The notes under the pieces: model-generated
Told to the model about the DNA's origin: nothing
Database searches by the model: none
Seen by the model: the letters and a program-made list of their open reading frames with translations, nothing else
Assembly: GCA_963828255.1 (NCBI GenBank)
Contig: CAWHDZ010000007.1
Coordinates: 160,001 to 224,000 of the forward strand
Direction of reading: 5' to 3'
Length of the DNA: 64,000 nucleotides
Origin: an uncultured delta proteobacterium
Lineage (GTDB): Bacteria; Myxococcota; Myxococcia; Myxococcales; Anaeromyxobacteraceae
Program-made: the position numbers and the translations under genes
Shown: positions 47,033 through 57,085 of the stretch, piece after piece
Layout of the letters: each line of letters opens with the position of its first letter
How positions within the stretch are numbered: position 1 is the first letter of the stretch

Positions 47033-48139
47033 TCAGCGCGGGAAGCTGCGCGGTGCCACGTCCAGGAAGCCCTCGCCGTCGAGCGCCTCCAGGAAGGCGA
47101 CCAGGGCATCCACCTGCCCGTCCGTGAGGTGGAGCGGCTTCATCTCCGGAGACAGCCAGGGGTTGCCGACGCCTCCCCGATCGTAGAGCAGCACCACCTC
47201 GCGCAGCGTGGCGACCGACCCGTCGTGCATGTAGGGAGCCCGGCGCGAGACGTCGCGGAGCGTGGGGGTCTTGAAGGCTCCGGTGTCGGCCGCCTTTCCG
47301 GTCACCTTGGACCGTCCCGGATCGGCGAAGCCCGAGGCGGGATCGGCGCCGGTCGGGGGCTGCCGCCACCCCACGCCCAGGTTGTGGAACCGGGAGTCGG
47401 TCAGGTTCGCACCCAGGTGGCACTGGTTGCAGGCGGCCTTCCCGAAGAAGAGCCGGAAGCCCGCCTTCTGCCTCTCGTCGAGCGCCTTCGGGTCGCCCGC
47501 GTCCCAGCGGTCGTAGGCCGAGTTCCCCGACATGCGGGTGGCCTCGTAGGAGGCGATGGCCTCGGCGACGCGGTCCACGTCGATCCGGTCGTCGCCGAAG
47601 GCCTCGGCGAAGTAGCTCCGGTACCCCCGGATGGCGCGGACGGCCGACTCCACGCTGGCGTGGGTCATCCCCATCTCGATCGGGTTCGCCATGGGACCCT
47701 TGGCCTGCTCGACGAGCGAACCCGCCCGGCCGTCCCAGAACCAGACCGGGTAGATGGGGAAGGCGGCGTTGAGCACCGGCGGCGCCTTGCGGTTCCCCTT
47801 CTGCCCTCCCACCCCGGTGGACACCGGGTCCCGCTCGCTGAAGCCGGTCTCCGGCTCGTGGCAGGAGGCGCAGGAGACCGTGCCGTCCTTCGAGAGGCGC
47901 GGGTCGTAGAAGAGCCAGCGCCCCAGCCGCACCTTCTCCGGGGTGACCCGCGGGGTGGTGAGGTCGGAGAGCTCGGCGGCCACGCCCAGCGGCGCGGCGG
48001 GGAGCGGCCGCACCGGGTTCTCGACCTCCCAGTCGGGGGTGGCCGGCGGAGCCAGCGCGGTGCGCGCCGTCTCCTGGGTCGAGCAAGATGCGGCGAGGAG
48101 GAGGGCGGGAAGGGCGAGGGTGGCTTGGACGGGGCGCAC
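47033..48139 (-). CDS. Di-heme cytochrome c peroxidase / MauG family lipoprotein
   Basis: CASCH, FWDGRA, CNQCH, FKTPTLR, PYMHDGS. Confidence 0.9.
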   Translation of the reverse strand: MRPVQATLALPALLLAASCSTQETARTALAPPATPDWEVENPVRPLPAAPLGVAAELSDLTTPRVTPEKVRLGRWLFYDPRLSKDGTVSCASCHEPETGFSERDPVSTGVGGQKGNRKAPPVLNAAFPIYPVWFWDGRAGSLVEQAKGPMANPIEMGMTHASVESAVRAIRGYRSYFAEAFGDDRIDVDRVAEAIASYEATRMSGNSAYDRWDAGDPKALDERQKAGFRLFFGKAACNQCHLGANLTDSRFHNLGVGWRQPPTGADPASGFADPGRSKVTGKAADTGAFKTPTLRDVSRRAPYMHDGSVATLREVVLLYDRGGVGNPWLSPEMKPLHLTDGQVDALVAFLEALDGEGFLDVAPRSFPR

Positions 48140-48225
48140 GGGACGGCTCCGGATTCTGGGCGCCTCGGAACCCTTCCCGGGCGCCCGGGCTCCAACCTCC
48201 GTATCATCTGGAAGGGAGCGTGGGA

Positions 48226-48459
48226 ATGGACGTCACCGGCATCTGGAAGCGGCTCTGGAAGTCCCCCTGGCGGGCGGCGCTCTTCGCGGGCGTGGGCGCG
48301 CTCGTGGGGATCGCCTACTACGAGCTCATCGGCTGCCGCTCCGGCGGAACCTGCGCCATCACCTCGTCGGCCTGGCGCAGCGCCGCCTACTTCGGCCTGG
48401 TGGCCGCGGTGGTGGGGTTCCCCGGCCGGGCGCCCGAGAAGCGCCCCGACCAGGGATGA
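48226..48459 (+). CDS. Small membrane protein (DUF6132-like)
   Basis: Two TM helices around IGCRSGGTCAITS. Confidence 0.7.
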   Translation: MDVTGIWKRLWKSPWRAALFAGVGALVGIAYYELIGCRSGGTCAITSSAWRSAAYFGLVAAVVGFPGRAPEKRPDQG

Positions 48460-48484
48460 CGCCGCACCCTCCGGGGTGAGCCGG

Positions 48485-51400
48485 CTACCACCTCTCCGAT
48501 CCGTGGCAGCTGTTGGCGCACGTCCGGGTCTGACCGGTCGTGCAGCCCACGAGCGACGCGACGTTGTTGCACCTGTAGCCGGCCTGCGTTCCCAGGTCCG
48601 TCCTGGTGTTGTTGTGGAAGGGCGCGACCGTGGCCGCGCTGGTGAAGCCCGTCGGGTGGCACTTGTCGCAGCGCAGGTTCCTGTGGTCGCTGATGGTGTG
48701 CTTGCCCGTGGTGGGTGGGTCGCCGTGGCAGCCGGTGCAGCCTCCGCCGTCGGCCTTCCCGTTCACGTGGCCGCCGCCCTGCTTGATGGTGCCGTTGGCG
48801 TTCACCGACTGCGGGTGACACTGGAAGCAGCTCACCGCGGTGGGCGTCCCGGTGTAGGTGGGGTGGCCGGTGGGCGGCATGGCGTGGCAGGCCGTGCAGG
48901 CGAGGGGCGCCGTGCTCGACCAGACCGCTGTGGCGTTCGATCCCGACACCACGCCGAGCTTGAAGTTGCCGTGGCAGTAGGTGGCCGAGCAGCCGGCCGT
49001 CACCGGGTCGAACGTGGGAGCCGCACCCCCGGTCCTCGCCTGCGTCCCGAAGACCACCGGGGACGGTGGCGGAGCGGTGGCGTGGGCCGAGTCGGTCGGC
49101 ACCGGGTGGCATCCCGAGCAGGCGATGGGCGGCATGAGGTAGCTCGCCGTCGTGGGGTTCGCGTGGCCCGTGTGGGCTCCCACCGCGTAGGACGGGGCGC
49201 CGGCCGGAGCGACCGGAGGGGCGGCGGCGAGATTCAAGTCGGTGCCGGCGAGGTTGCCCTTGCGGGCCGCGTCGCCGTGGCAGGTGGTGCACCCCACCGC
49301 CGAGGTGTCGTTCAGCCCGTTCAGGTGGCCGCGGGCGGTCAGGTTCATGGTGCCGTTCGCGTTCACGGCCCTGGGGTGGCAGATGGCGCAGGAGGCTGCG
49401 GTGACGGGCGCCACGACCGCCACGTGGCCGGTCGGGGGCATGCCGTGGCAGGAGGTGCAGGTCATCGCGGCGGTGCTGGTCCAGGTGGGCGTGGCGTTCC
49501 CGCCGGTGACGGCGCCGAAGGCGAAGTTGCCGTGGCAGTAGGTTGCCGCGCACCCCAGGGTTCCCGCGGTGAAGGTGGGGGCCGCGCCGCCGGTCCGGGC
49601 CAGCGCCCCGAAGACCACCTTCTGCGCCGGGGGGCTGGTGGCGTGGGTCGAGTTCCCGGGTACCACGTGGCATTCCGAGCAGGAGATCGGTCCCATGAGC
49701 GCGGTGGCCGCGGTGGGGTTCAAGTGTCCCAGGTGTGCGCCGACGACGGTGGAGGACGCGTTGGGCGGCGCAACGGGGGGGGCCGAGGTCAAGTGGATGT
49801 CCACGCCGGCCAGGTTGCCCGTGCGGGTGGCGTCGCCGTGGCAACTCGTGCAGCCCATCGGAGAGGTGTCGGCAAGCCCGTTCAGGTGCCCCCTGTCCAC
49901 GAGGTTCAGCGAACCGTTGGCGTTGAAGGCCTTCGGGTGACAGCCCGCGCAGGAAGCGGAGGTGGCCGGCGCCGAGACCGGGACGTGATCCGGCGGCGGC
50001 ATCCCGTGGCAGGAGGTGCAGGTGAGCGCGGCCGTGCTGGTCCAGAGCGGCGTGGCGTTGTCCCCGGCGATGCCGTTGTAGGAGAAGTTGCCGTGGCAGT
50101 ACGACGCGGAGCAACCGGTCGAGCCCGAGCTCCAGAAGGGAACCGCGCCGCCGGTCCTCGAGAGCGCGCCGAAGGTCACCCTCTGTGCGGGTGGCCGGGT
50201 GGCGTGCCCCGCGTCGGCCGGGACCACGTGGCACTCGGCGCAGGCGATGGGGGACCTGACGGCGGTGGCGGTGGCCGGGTTCACGTGGCCGAGGTGCGCA
50301 CCCTCCGCGTAGGCGGGGGCTCCAGGCGGTGCGCTGGGCGGGGCAGACGCAAGGTGAAGGTCGGCCCCGGCCAGGTTGCCCTTCCGCGTGGAGTCGCCGT
50401 GGCAGTCGGTGCACCCCAGCGACACGGTGTCGGACCTGCCGTTCAGGTGTCCCCAGTCCACCCTGTTGATGGTCCCGTCGGCGTTCACCGCCGAGGGATG
50501 GCACCTCGCGCAGGAGGCGGCGTTGACCGGCGCGGCGACCGCCAGGTGGCCGGCGGGGGGCATGGCGTGGCAGGAGGTGCAGGAGAGCGCGGTGGTGCTG
50601 GTCCAGATCGCGATCGCCGCGGATCCGGTCACCCCGTTGAAGTTGAAGCTGCCGTGGCAGTAGGAGGTCGAGCACCCGGCCGAGGCCTCGTTCCAGGCCG
50701 GCCGCGCCCCTCCCGACCTGGCGAGCGGGCCGAAGGTGACGCCCTGCGCCGGCGGGTAGGTGGCGTGGACCGTGTCCACGGGCACCGGGTGACATTCGGC
50801 GCAACCGATGGGGCGCATCAACGCCGTCGCGGCCACCGGGTTCACGTGCCCGGCGTGGGCGCCGACGGCGAAGGCGGGCGCGCCGGGGGGCGCCGCCGGG
50901 GGAGCCGAGCCGAGGTTCACGTCGGTGCCCGGGAGGTTGCCCGTCCGCGTGTCGTCACCGTGGCACGAGGTGCAGCCCAGGGCGGTCACGTCGGCCTTGC
51001 CGTTCAGGTGGCCCCGGTCGGCCAGGTTGATCGACCCGTCGGCGTTGACCGCCGCGGGGTGGCAACTGGCGCAGGAGGCGGCGACGACCGGCGCGGCGAC
51101 GGCCAGGTGGCCCACGGGCGGCATCTCGTGGCAGGAGGTGCAGGTCATCGGGGTGGTGTCGGTCCAGACCGGCGTCGTGCTCGTCCCGGAGACCGCGTTG
51201 AAGCTGAAGTTCCCGTGGCAGTACGAGGCCGCGCAGCCCGCGCTGCCGGCCACGAAGGTGGGCGTGGCGCCGCCTGCGGTGGCGATGGGTCCGAAGACGA
51301 CCCGGGCGAGCGGCGGGGTCGAGGCGTGCGCGGAGTCGGCGGGCACGACGTGGCACTCGGCGCAGGCGATGGGCCCCATGATGGCCCTGAAGTCGACCGG

Positions 51401-53734
51401 GTTCACGTGCCGCTCGTGGGCGCCCACCGCGAAGGCGGGCGCATTGGGAGGAGCGACCGGAGGCGCCGAGATGAGGTTGGGGTCGGTGCCCGGGAGCAGC
51501 GGCTTCCGCATCTCGTCGCCGTGGCAGGCGGTGCACCCGAGAGCGGCCACGTCGGCCAGGCCGTTCAGGTGGGCGCCGCCGAGCAGGATGTCGCCGGCCG
51601 CGTCCACCGTCTGGGGATGGCATGCGCCGCAGGAGGCGGCCGTGATCGATCCGGCCAGCGGCGGGTGGCCGGTTGGCGGCATCCCGTGGCAACCGGTGCA
51701 GGCGAGCGGTGCGGTGCTGGTCCAGAGCGGCGTGGCGTTCGATCCGGAGACGCCGTTGTAGGTGAAGTTGCCGTGGCAGTACGAGGCCGCGCACCCGGCG
51801 GTCCCGGCGACGAAGGTCGGCGTGGCCCCGCCCGTCCTCGAGAGAAGGCCGAAGGTCACGCGCTGCGCAGGCGGGTTCCGCGCATGGGTCGCGTCGGTGG
51901 GAATGACGTGGCACTCGGCGCAGGCGATGGGGTTCATGACGGCCGACGCGCCCGCGGGGTTCACGTGCCCTTCGTGGGCGCCCGCGGAGTAGGCCGGAGC
52001 GCCGGGGGAGGAGACGGGAGGTGACGAGGTGAGGTCGATGTCCGTGCCCGGCAGGTTCGGGATGCGCCCCGCGTCGCCGTGGCAGCCGGTGCATCCCAGG
52101 CTGGCGACGTCGGCCTTGCCATTCATGTGGCCGCGCTCGACCAGGTTGACCGACCCGTCGGTGTTGAGTGCGGAGGGATGGCAGGTCGCGCACCCGGCGG
52201 AGCTGGCGGGCGCCGCGACGGCCACGTGGCCGGTCGGGGGCATCCCGTGGCAGGAGGTGCAGGTGAGGGGGTTCGGGTCGGTCCAGATGGGCGTGGCCAG
52301 CGCGCCCTTGACCCCGTTGAAGTCGAAGTTGCCGTGGCAGTACGAGGCGGCGCAGCCCGCGGTCCCGGCGGCGAACGTGGGGGCGGCGCCCCCGGTTCGC
52401 GAGAGGGCTCCGAAGACCACCTTCTGGGCAGGGGGCGCGGTGGCGTGCGCGAAGTCGCTGGGGACGACGTGGCACTCGGCGCAGTCCATGGGCCCCATGA
52501 ACGCCCCCGCCTGGTACGGATTCAGGTGGGCCAGGTGGGCCCCGGTGGAGTAGGCCGGTGCGCCGGCGCTGGCGGCCGGAGGGGAGGAGGCCAGGTTCAC
52601 GTCGGCGCCCGCCATGTTGCCGGTTCGCCCCTCGTCTCCGTGGCAGCTCGTGCAGCCGAGCGCCGCCACGTCGGCCTTGCCGTCCAGGTGGGCGCCGCCG
52701 GACACGATGGCGCCCGAGGCGTCCACCGACGTCGGGTGGCAGCCGCTGCAGGAGACCGCGGAAGTCCCCTGGACCAGGGGATGTCCGGTGGGAGGCATGC
52801 CGTGGCAGGAGGCGCAGCCGATGGGGGCGGTGTCGGTCCAGATCGGCGTGACCGTCGAGCCGGACACCCCGTTGAAGGAGAAGTTTCCGTGGCAGTAGGT
52901 GGCGGCACAGCCGGCGGTCCCGGCCACCCAGGTCGGCGACGCGGCGCCGGTGGAGGCGAGGGTCCCGAAGACCACCGTCCGGGCCGGAGGCGCCATGGCG
53001 TGGACGTCGTCGGTCGGCACCTGGTGGCACTCGGCGCAGGCGAGAGGCGGCATCACCGCGCTTGCCGGCATGGGATTGACGTGGCCGAGGTGGGCGCCCA
53101 CCGAGGAGGGCGGGGCGCCAGGCGACGAGGCCGGTGGGGACGAGGCCAGGTAGATGTCGGTTCCGGGGACGTTGGGGATGCGGGACGCGTCGCCGTGGCA
53201 CTCCATGCAGCTGTTGGCCGCGATCTCCGCCATCCCGTTCAGGTGCGCGCCGCCGGACACGTTGATGCTGCCATCAGGCTTCACGGTCCCGGAGTGGCAG
53301 GCGTTGCAGCTCGCCGGAGTCGCGCCCGTCGCCATCGCTGGATGGCCTGTGGGCGGCATGGCGTGGCAGGAGTCGCAGGTCATGAGGGCCGAACCGGTCC
53401 ACCCGACCTTTGCGCCGGACCCCTGCACGCCCCGGAAGGTGAAGCTCCCGTGGCACATGACGTTGCTGCAGGTCTTGGCCACCGGGTCGAAGGTTGCGCC
53501 AGCCGCCATGACCATCGGGTTCTGGGAGAAGTCCACCGCGAAGCCCGTGGGGGCGTGGCAACCGGCGCAGGTGACTCCAGAGGAGAAGGCGCCGCCGCGG
53601 AGGTGGTTGGCGTGGAGGGCTCCTGCCGGCGCGACCACCGCGGGGGCGGAACTCGAGGTGGTTGCTCCACATCCGGCGATGAACGAAGCGATGCTCGAGA
53701 CGACCAGGAGGAGGTTCAGACGGGGGGCTCGCAT
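48485..53734 (-). CDS. Giant CxxxxCH/CxxCH multiheme cytochrome c lipoprotein (47 motifs)
   Basis: 37 CxxCH + 9 CX4CH + 1 CX3CH counted by eye; lipobox IAGC; eight ~186-aa repeats. Confidence 0.95.
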   Translation of the reverse strand: MRAPRLNLLLVVSSIASFIAGCGATTSSSAPAVVAPAGALHANHLRGGAFSSGVTCAGCHAPTGFAVDFSQNPMVMAAGATFDPVAKTCSNVMCHGSFTFRGVQGSGAKVGWTGSALMTCDSCHAMPPTGHPAMATGATPASCNACHSGTVKPDGSINVSGGAHLNGMAEIAANSCMECHGDASRIPNVPGTDIYLASSPPASSPGAPPSSVGAHLGHVNPMPASAVMPPLACAECHQVPTDDVHAMAPPARTVVFGTLASTGAASPTWVAGTAGCAATYCHGNFSFNGVSGSTVTPIWTDTAPIGCASCHGMPPTGHPLVQGTSAVSCSGCHPTSVDASGAIVSGGAHLDGKADVAALGCTSCHGDEGRTGNMAGADVNLASSPPAASAGAPAYSTGAHLAHLNPYQAGAFMGPMDCAECHVVPSDFAHATAPPAQKVVFGALSRTGGAAPTFAAGTAGCAASYCHGNFDFNGVKGALATPIWTDPNPLTCTSCHGMPPTGHVAVAAPASSAGCATCHPSALNTDGSVNLVERGHMNGKADVASLGCTGCHGDAGRIPNLPGTDIDLTSSPPVSSPGAPAYSAGAHEGHVNPAGASAVMNPIACAECHVIPTDATHARNPPAQRVTFGLLSRTGGATPTFVAGTAGCAASYCHGNFTYNGVSGSNATPLWTSTAPLACTGCHGMPPTGHPPLAGSITAASCGACHPQTVDAAGDILLGGAHLNGLADVAALGCTACHGDEMRKPLLPGTDPNLISAPPVAPPNAPAFAVGAHERHVNPVDFRAIMGPIACAECHVVPADSAHASTPPLARVVFGPIATAGGATPTFVAGSAGCAASYCHGNFSFNAVSGTSTTPVWTDTTPMTCTSCHEMPPVGHLAVAAPVVAASCASCHPAAVNADGSINLADRGHLNGKADVTALGCTSCHGDDTRTGNLPGTDVNLGSAPPAAPPGAPAFAVGAHAGHVNPVAATALMRPIGCAECHPVPVDTVHATYPPAQGVTFGPLARSGGARPAWNEASAGCSTSYCHGSFNFNGVTGSAAIAIWTSTTALSCTSCHAMPPAGHLAVAAPVNAASCARCHPSAVNADGTINRVDWGHLNGRSDTVSLGCTDCHGDSTRKGNLAGADLHLASAPPSAPPGAPAYAEGAHLGHVNPATATAVRSPIACAECHVVPADAGHATRPPAQRVTFGALSRTGGAVPFWSSGSTGCSASYCHGNFSYNGIAGDNATPLWTSTAALTCTSCHGMPPPDHVPVSAPATSASCAGCHPKAFNANGSLNLVDRGHLNGLADTSPMGCTSCHGDATRTGNLAGVDIHLTSAPPVAPPNASSTVVGAHLGHLNPTAATALMGPISCSECHVVPGNSTHATSPPAQKVVFGALARTGGAAPTFTAGTLGCAATYCHGNFAFGAVTGGNATPTWTSTAAMTCTSCHGMPPTGHVAVVAPVTAASCAICHPRAVNANGTMNLTARGHLNGLNDTSAVGCTTCHGDAARKGNLAGTDLNLAAAPPVAPAGAPSYAVGAHTGHANPTTASYLMPPIACSGCHPVPTDSAHATAPPPSPVVFGTQARTGGAAPTFDPVTAGCSATYCHGNFKLGVVSGSNATAVWSSTAPLACTACHAMPPTGHPTYTGTPTAVSCFQCHPQSVNANGTIKQGGGHVNGKADGGGCTGCHGDPPTTGKHTISDHRNLRCDKCHPTGFTSAATVAPFHNNTRTDLGTQAGYRCNNVASLVGCTTGQTRTCANSCHGSERW

Positions 53735-53787
53735 GTTCCCCCCAGCCTAGTCGTTGATTCATGGTATGAATACTATAAGTACTCTAA

Positions 53788-53803
53788 TTTATTATGTAAT
53801 AAA
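53788..53803. promoter_or_regulatory. Palindrome TTTATTA-TG-TAATAAA in AT-rich promoter region
   Basis: Perfect 7-bp inverted repeat ~55 nt upstream of the cytochrome start. Confidence 0.55.
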
Positions 53804-53862
53804 ATGTAGGTGCTGGTGCGATATCGCCACGACGGCGACCGGGCACAGTGGGTCCCAGGAGG

Positions 53863-56800
53863 CTACCACTTCTCCGCCTTGTGGTCCTTGCCGTGGCAGT
53901 TGACCGTGCAGTTGCCGAAGGTCGTGCCCGTCGGCGAGCACCCCTTGAGCCCGCAGCTGTAGCCAGCCTGGGTGCCCAGGTCCACGACGTCGTTCTGGTG
54001 GAAGGCCCCCACGGCGGTCGTGCTTGTGTAGCCGGTGGGGTGGCAGCCGTCGCAGCGTTCCTTCCGGTGCTCGCCGTGCTCACGCGTCGTGGGGGGGGAG
54101 CCGTGGCAGGCGGTGCAGCCGCCGCCGTCGGCCTTCCCGTTCACGTGGCCGCCGCCCTGCTTGATGCTCCCGTCCGAGTTCACCGACTGCGGGTGGCACT
54201 GGAAGCAGCTCGCCGCGGTGATGGCGCCGGCGTAGGTCGGGTGGCCCGTGGGCAGCATGCCGTGGCAGGAGCTGCAGGTGAGCGGCGTGGTGGTGGTCCA
54301 GATCGGGGTCGCGTTCGAGCCCTTCACCGCACCGAACGTGAAATTGCCGTGGCAGTAGGTGGCCGAGCAGCCCGCGGTGGTGGCGTTGAAGGTGGGCAGG
54401 GCGCCGCCGGTCCTCGAGAGGGCGCCGAAGACCACCACGGTGGCCGGGGGACTCGTGGCGTGGGCCACGTCGGCCGGGACGACGTGGCACTCGGCGCAGG
54501 CGATGGGGGCCATCATGTAGCTCGCCGCGGTGGGGTTCATGTGCCCCATGTGCGTGCCCACCGCGTAGGCCGGTGCGCCGGGCTGCGCCACGGGAGGCGC
54601 GGAGGTCAGGTTGGCGTCGGTGCCGGGGAGGTTGGGCTTCCGGTTCGCGTCGCCGTGGCAGCTGTTGCAGGCCATGTTGTTCACGTCGGGCTTGCCGTTG
54701 ATGTGCCCCTTGGCGGTGGCGTTGATGGAGCCGTTCGCATTCACCGCGTCGGGGTGGCAGACGGCGCAGGAGGCCGCGGTCGCCGAGGAGACGGCGAAGT
54801 GGCCGGTGGGCGGCATCCCGTGGCACGAGGTGCAGGTGAGGGGGGCGGTGTCGGTCCAGAGCGGCGTGGCCCTGGCCCCGACGACCCCGTTGAAGGTGAA
54901 GTTGCCGTGGCAGTAGGTGGCGGCGCATCCGGTGGTCGTGCTGGTCCAGGTGGGGATGGCGCCTCCGCTGCGCGCGATCGCGCCGAAGACCACCTTCTGG
55001 GCGGGCGGGGTCCTGGCGTGGGCCGAGTCCACCGGGACGACGTGGCACTCGGTGCAGGCGATGGGGGCCATCATGTAGGTGGCCGCCGTGGGGTTCATGT
55101 GCCCCTGGTGCGCCCCGACGGCGTATGGCTTGGCGTTCGGCGTCGCGGCGGGCGGCGCCGAGATGAGGTTCGTGTCGGTGCCGGCGAGGTTGCCCGTGCG
55201 GTTCGCGTCGCCGTGGCAGGCCGAGCAGCCGAGCGCGGAGGTGTCGGAGACGCCGTTCAGGTGCCCCCTGGCCACGAGGTTGATCGACCCGTTTGCGTTG
55301 ACCGCATTCGGGTGGCAGGGCGCGCAGGAGGCCGCCGTGACCGGGGAGGTGACCGGCATGTGCCCGGTGGGAGGCATGCCGTGGCAGGAGGTGCAGGTCA
55401 TGGGGGCGGCGTCGGTCCAGACCGGGGTGGCGCTGGAGCCGGTGATGCCGGCGAAGTTGAAGTTGCCGTGGCAGTAGGTGGCCGCGCAGCCGAGCGACCC
55501 GGCCACGTAGGTGGGGGCCGCGCCCCCCTTCCTTGCCAACGTTCCAAACACCACCGTCTGGGGCGACGGGTTCGAGGCGTGGCCGAAGTCGGAGGGGACC
55601 ACGTGGCACTCGGAGCAGGCCATCGGCGCCATGAGGGCCGAGGCCGCCGACGGGTTCAGATGGCCGAGGTGGGCGCCGACGGCGGTGGCGGGCGCGCCGG
55701 TGGTCGTCCTGGGCGGGGCCGACTTGAGGTTCATGTCGGTTCCGGCGAGCGCTCCGACGCGGGCGGCGTCGCCGTGGCAGTCCACGCAGCCGACGTCGGC
55801 GATGTCGGCGCGCCCGTTCATGTGGAAGCCGGCCAGGACGACGAGACCGGCGGCATCGACGGTCTGGGGGTGGCAGGCGCTGCAGGAGGCGGCGGACGTC
55901 CCGGTGACGGGGGGATGGCCGGCTGGGGGGCATGGCGTGGCACGAGGCGCAGGCGATGCGGGTGGTGTCGCTCCAGATCGGGGTCGCCGTCGAGCCGGTG
56001 ATGTTCGTCGCCGCCTGGCCGGCGACGAGCGGGGTCGTCCTGAACGAGAAGTTCCCGTGGCAGTAGGTGGCCGAGCAGCCGGCGGTGACGGGGTTGAACG
56101 TGGGACTGGCGCCGTTGGCGGTCGCCATGGCCCCGAAGACGACCTTCTGCGCAGGGGGGACCGTGGCGTGGAGCGCGTCGGTCGGCACCAGATGGCACTC
56201 GTTGCAGGCGGTCGGGTGGGCCGCGGCGATGGCCGGGTTCGGGTTCAGGTGGATGAGGTGCGCGCCGTCCGCGTAGGCGGGCGCGCCGGCCGGAGAGATG
56301 GGCGGGGCCGAGGTGAGGAAGGGGTCGACGTTCGCCATGCCGGGGAGGCGGGCCGGGTCGCCGTGGCAGGCCGAGCAGTCGCCGCCGGTCACCTCGGCAA
56401 GGCCGTTCATGTGGGCTCCGAAGGCGATGTTGATGGTGCCGTCGGCGTTCACGGTGTCGGCGTGGCATCCGGAGCAAGACGCGGCGTCCTGGCCGCCCAC
56501 CCTGGGGTGTCCGGTCGGCGGCATGGCGTGGCAGGACCCGCAGGTGAGCGGGGTGGTGTCGGGCCAGGCCGGGGCCGCGCGCGTGCCCGTCACTGTACCC
56601 ATGGTGAAATTGCCGTGGCAGGAGACGTTGCTGCAGGTCTTCGACGACGGGTCGAAGGTCGCGCCCGCCTGGTGGACCGACGGGTTCTGGGAGAAGTCGA
56701 CGACGAATCCGGTCGGTGCGTGGCAGCCCGCACAGGTGACGGAGGGGCCCATCGAGCCTGCCACCAGGTGGGTCTGGTGGTTCGTGCCCTGCGGCACGAC

Positions 56801-56899
56801 CCCCGACGCGGTCCCGTCCGTGCTGGCGCCCTGGCACCCGAGGACCACGGAGGAGAGGAGGACGACCGCCGAACCGGTACGGAAATGGAGCGCGCGCAT
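53863..56899 (-). CDS. Paralogous multiheme cytochrome c lipoprotein (27 motifs), frameshifted at G6 tract 55925-55930
   Basis: 21 CxxCH + 5 CX4CH + 1 CX3CH; removing one G restores HAMPPAGHP and a ~1011-aa ORF. Confidence 0.85.
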
Positions 56900-57085
56900 T
56901 GCCCCCTCTGTAGTCCGGGATTCACGGTACTTCTAGTGTAAACAGGACGCGCCGAGTCGATCCCTGTAATTGCCCGTAAAGACTCGTCCTTACTATGATA
57001 ATTTACCAATGAAGGGGCCCGGCATTCACGACTGCTCCCTTCATCCGAAACGGTCTCGAAATCGAAAACTTCTCACGCCTCCGGG

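Noticed and set aside
47129..52024. 1631-aa plus-strand ORF and the many other long antisense or off-frame ORFs
   Set aside because: Shadow ORFs of GC-rich coding sequence; no motifs, and they overlap well-supported genes
56900..57085. GEMM-I (c-di-GMP/cGAMP) riboswitch upstream of cytochromes
   Set aside because: Stem-loops are present, but I could not find the GGCAAA...GAAA...GACGCAAA consensus
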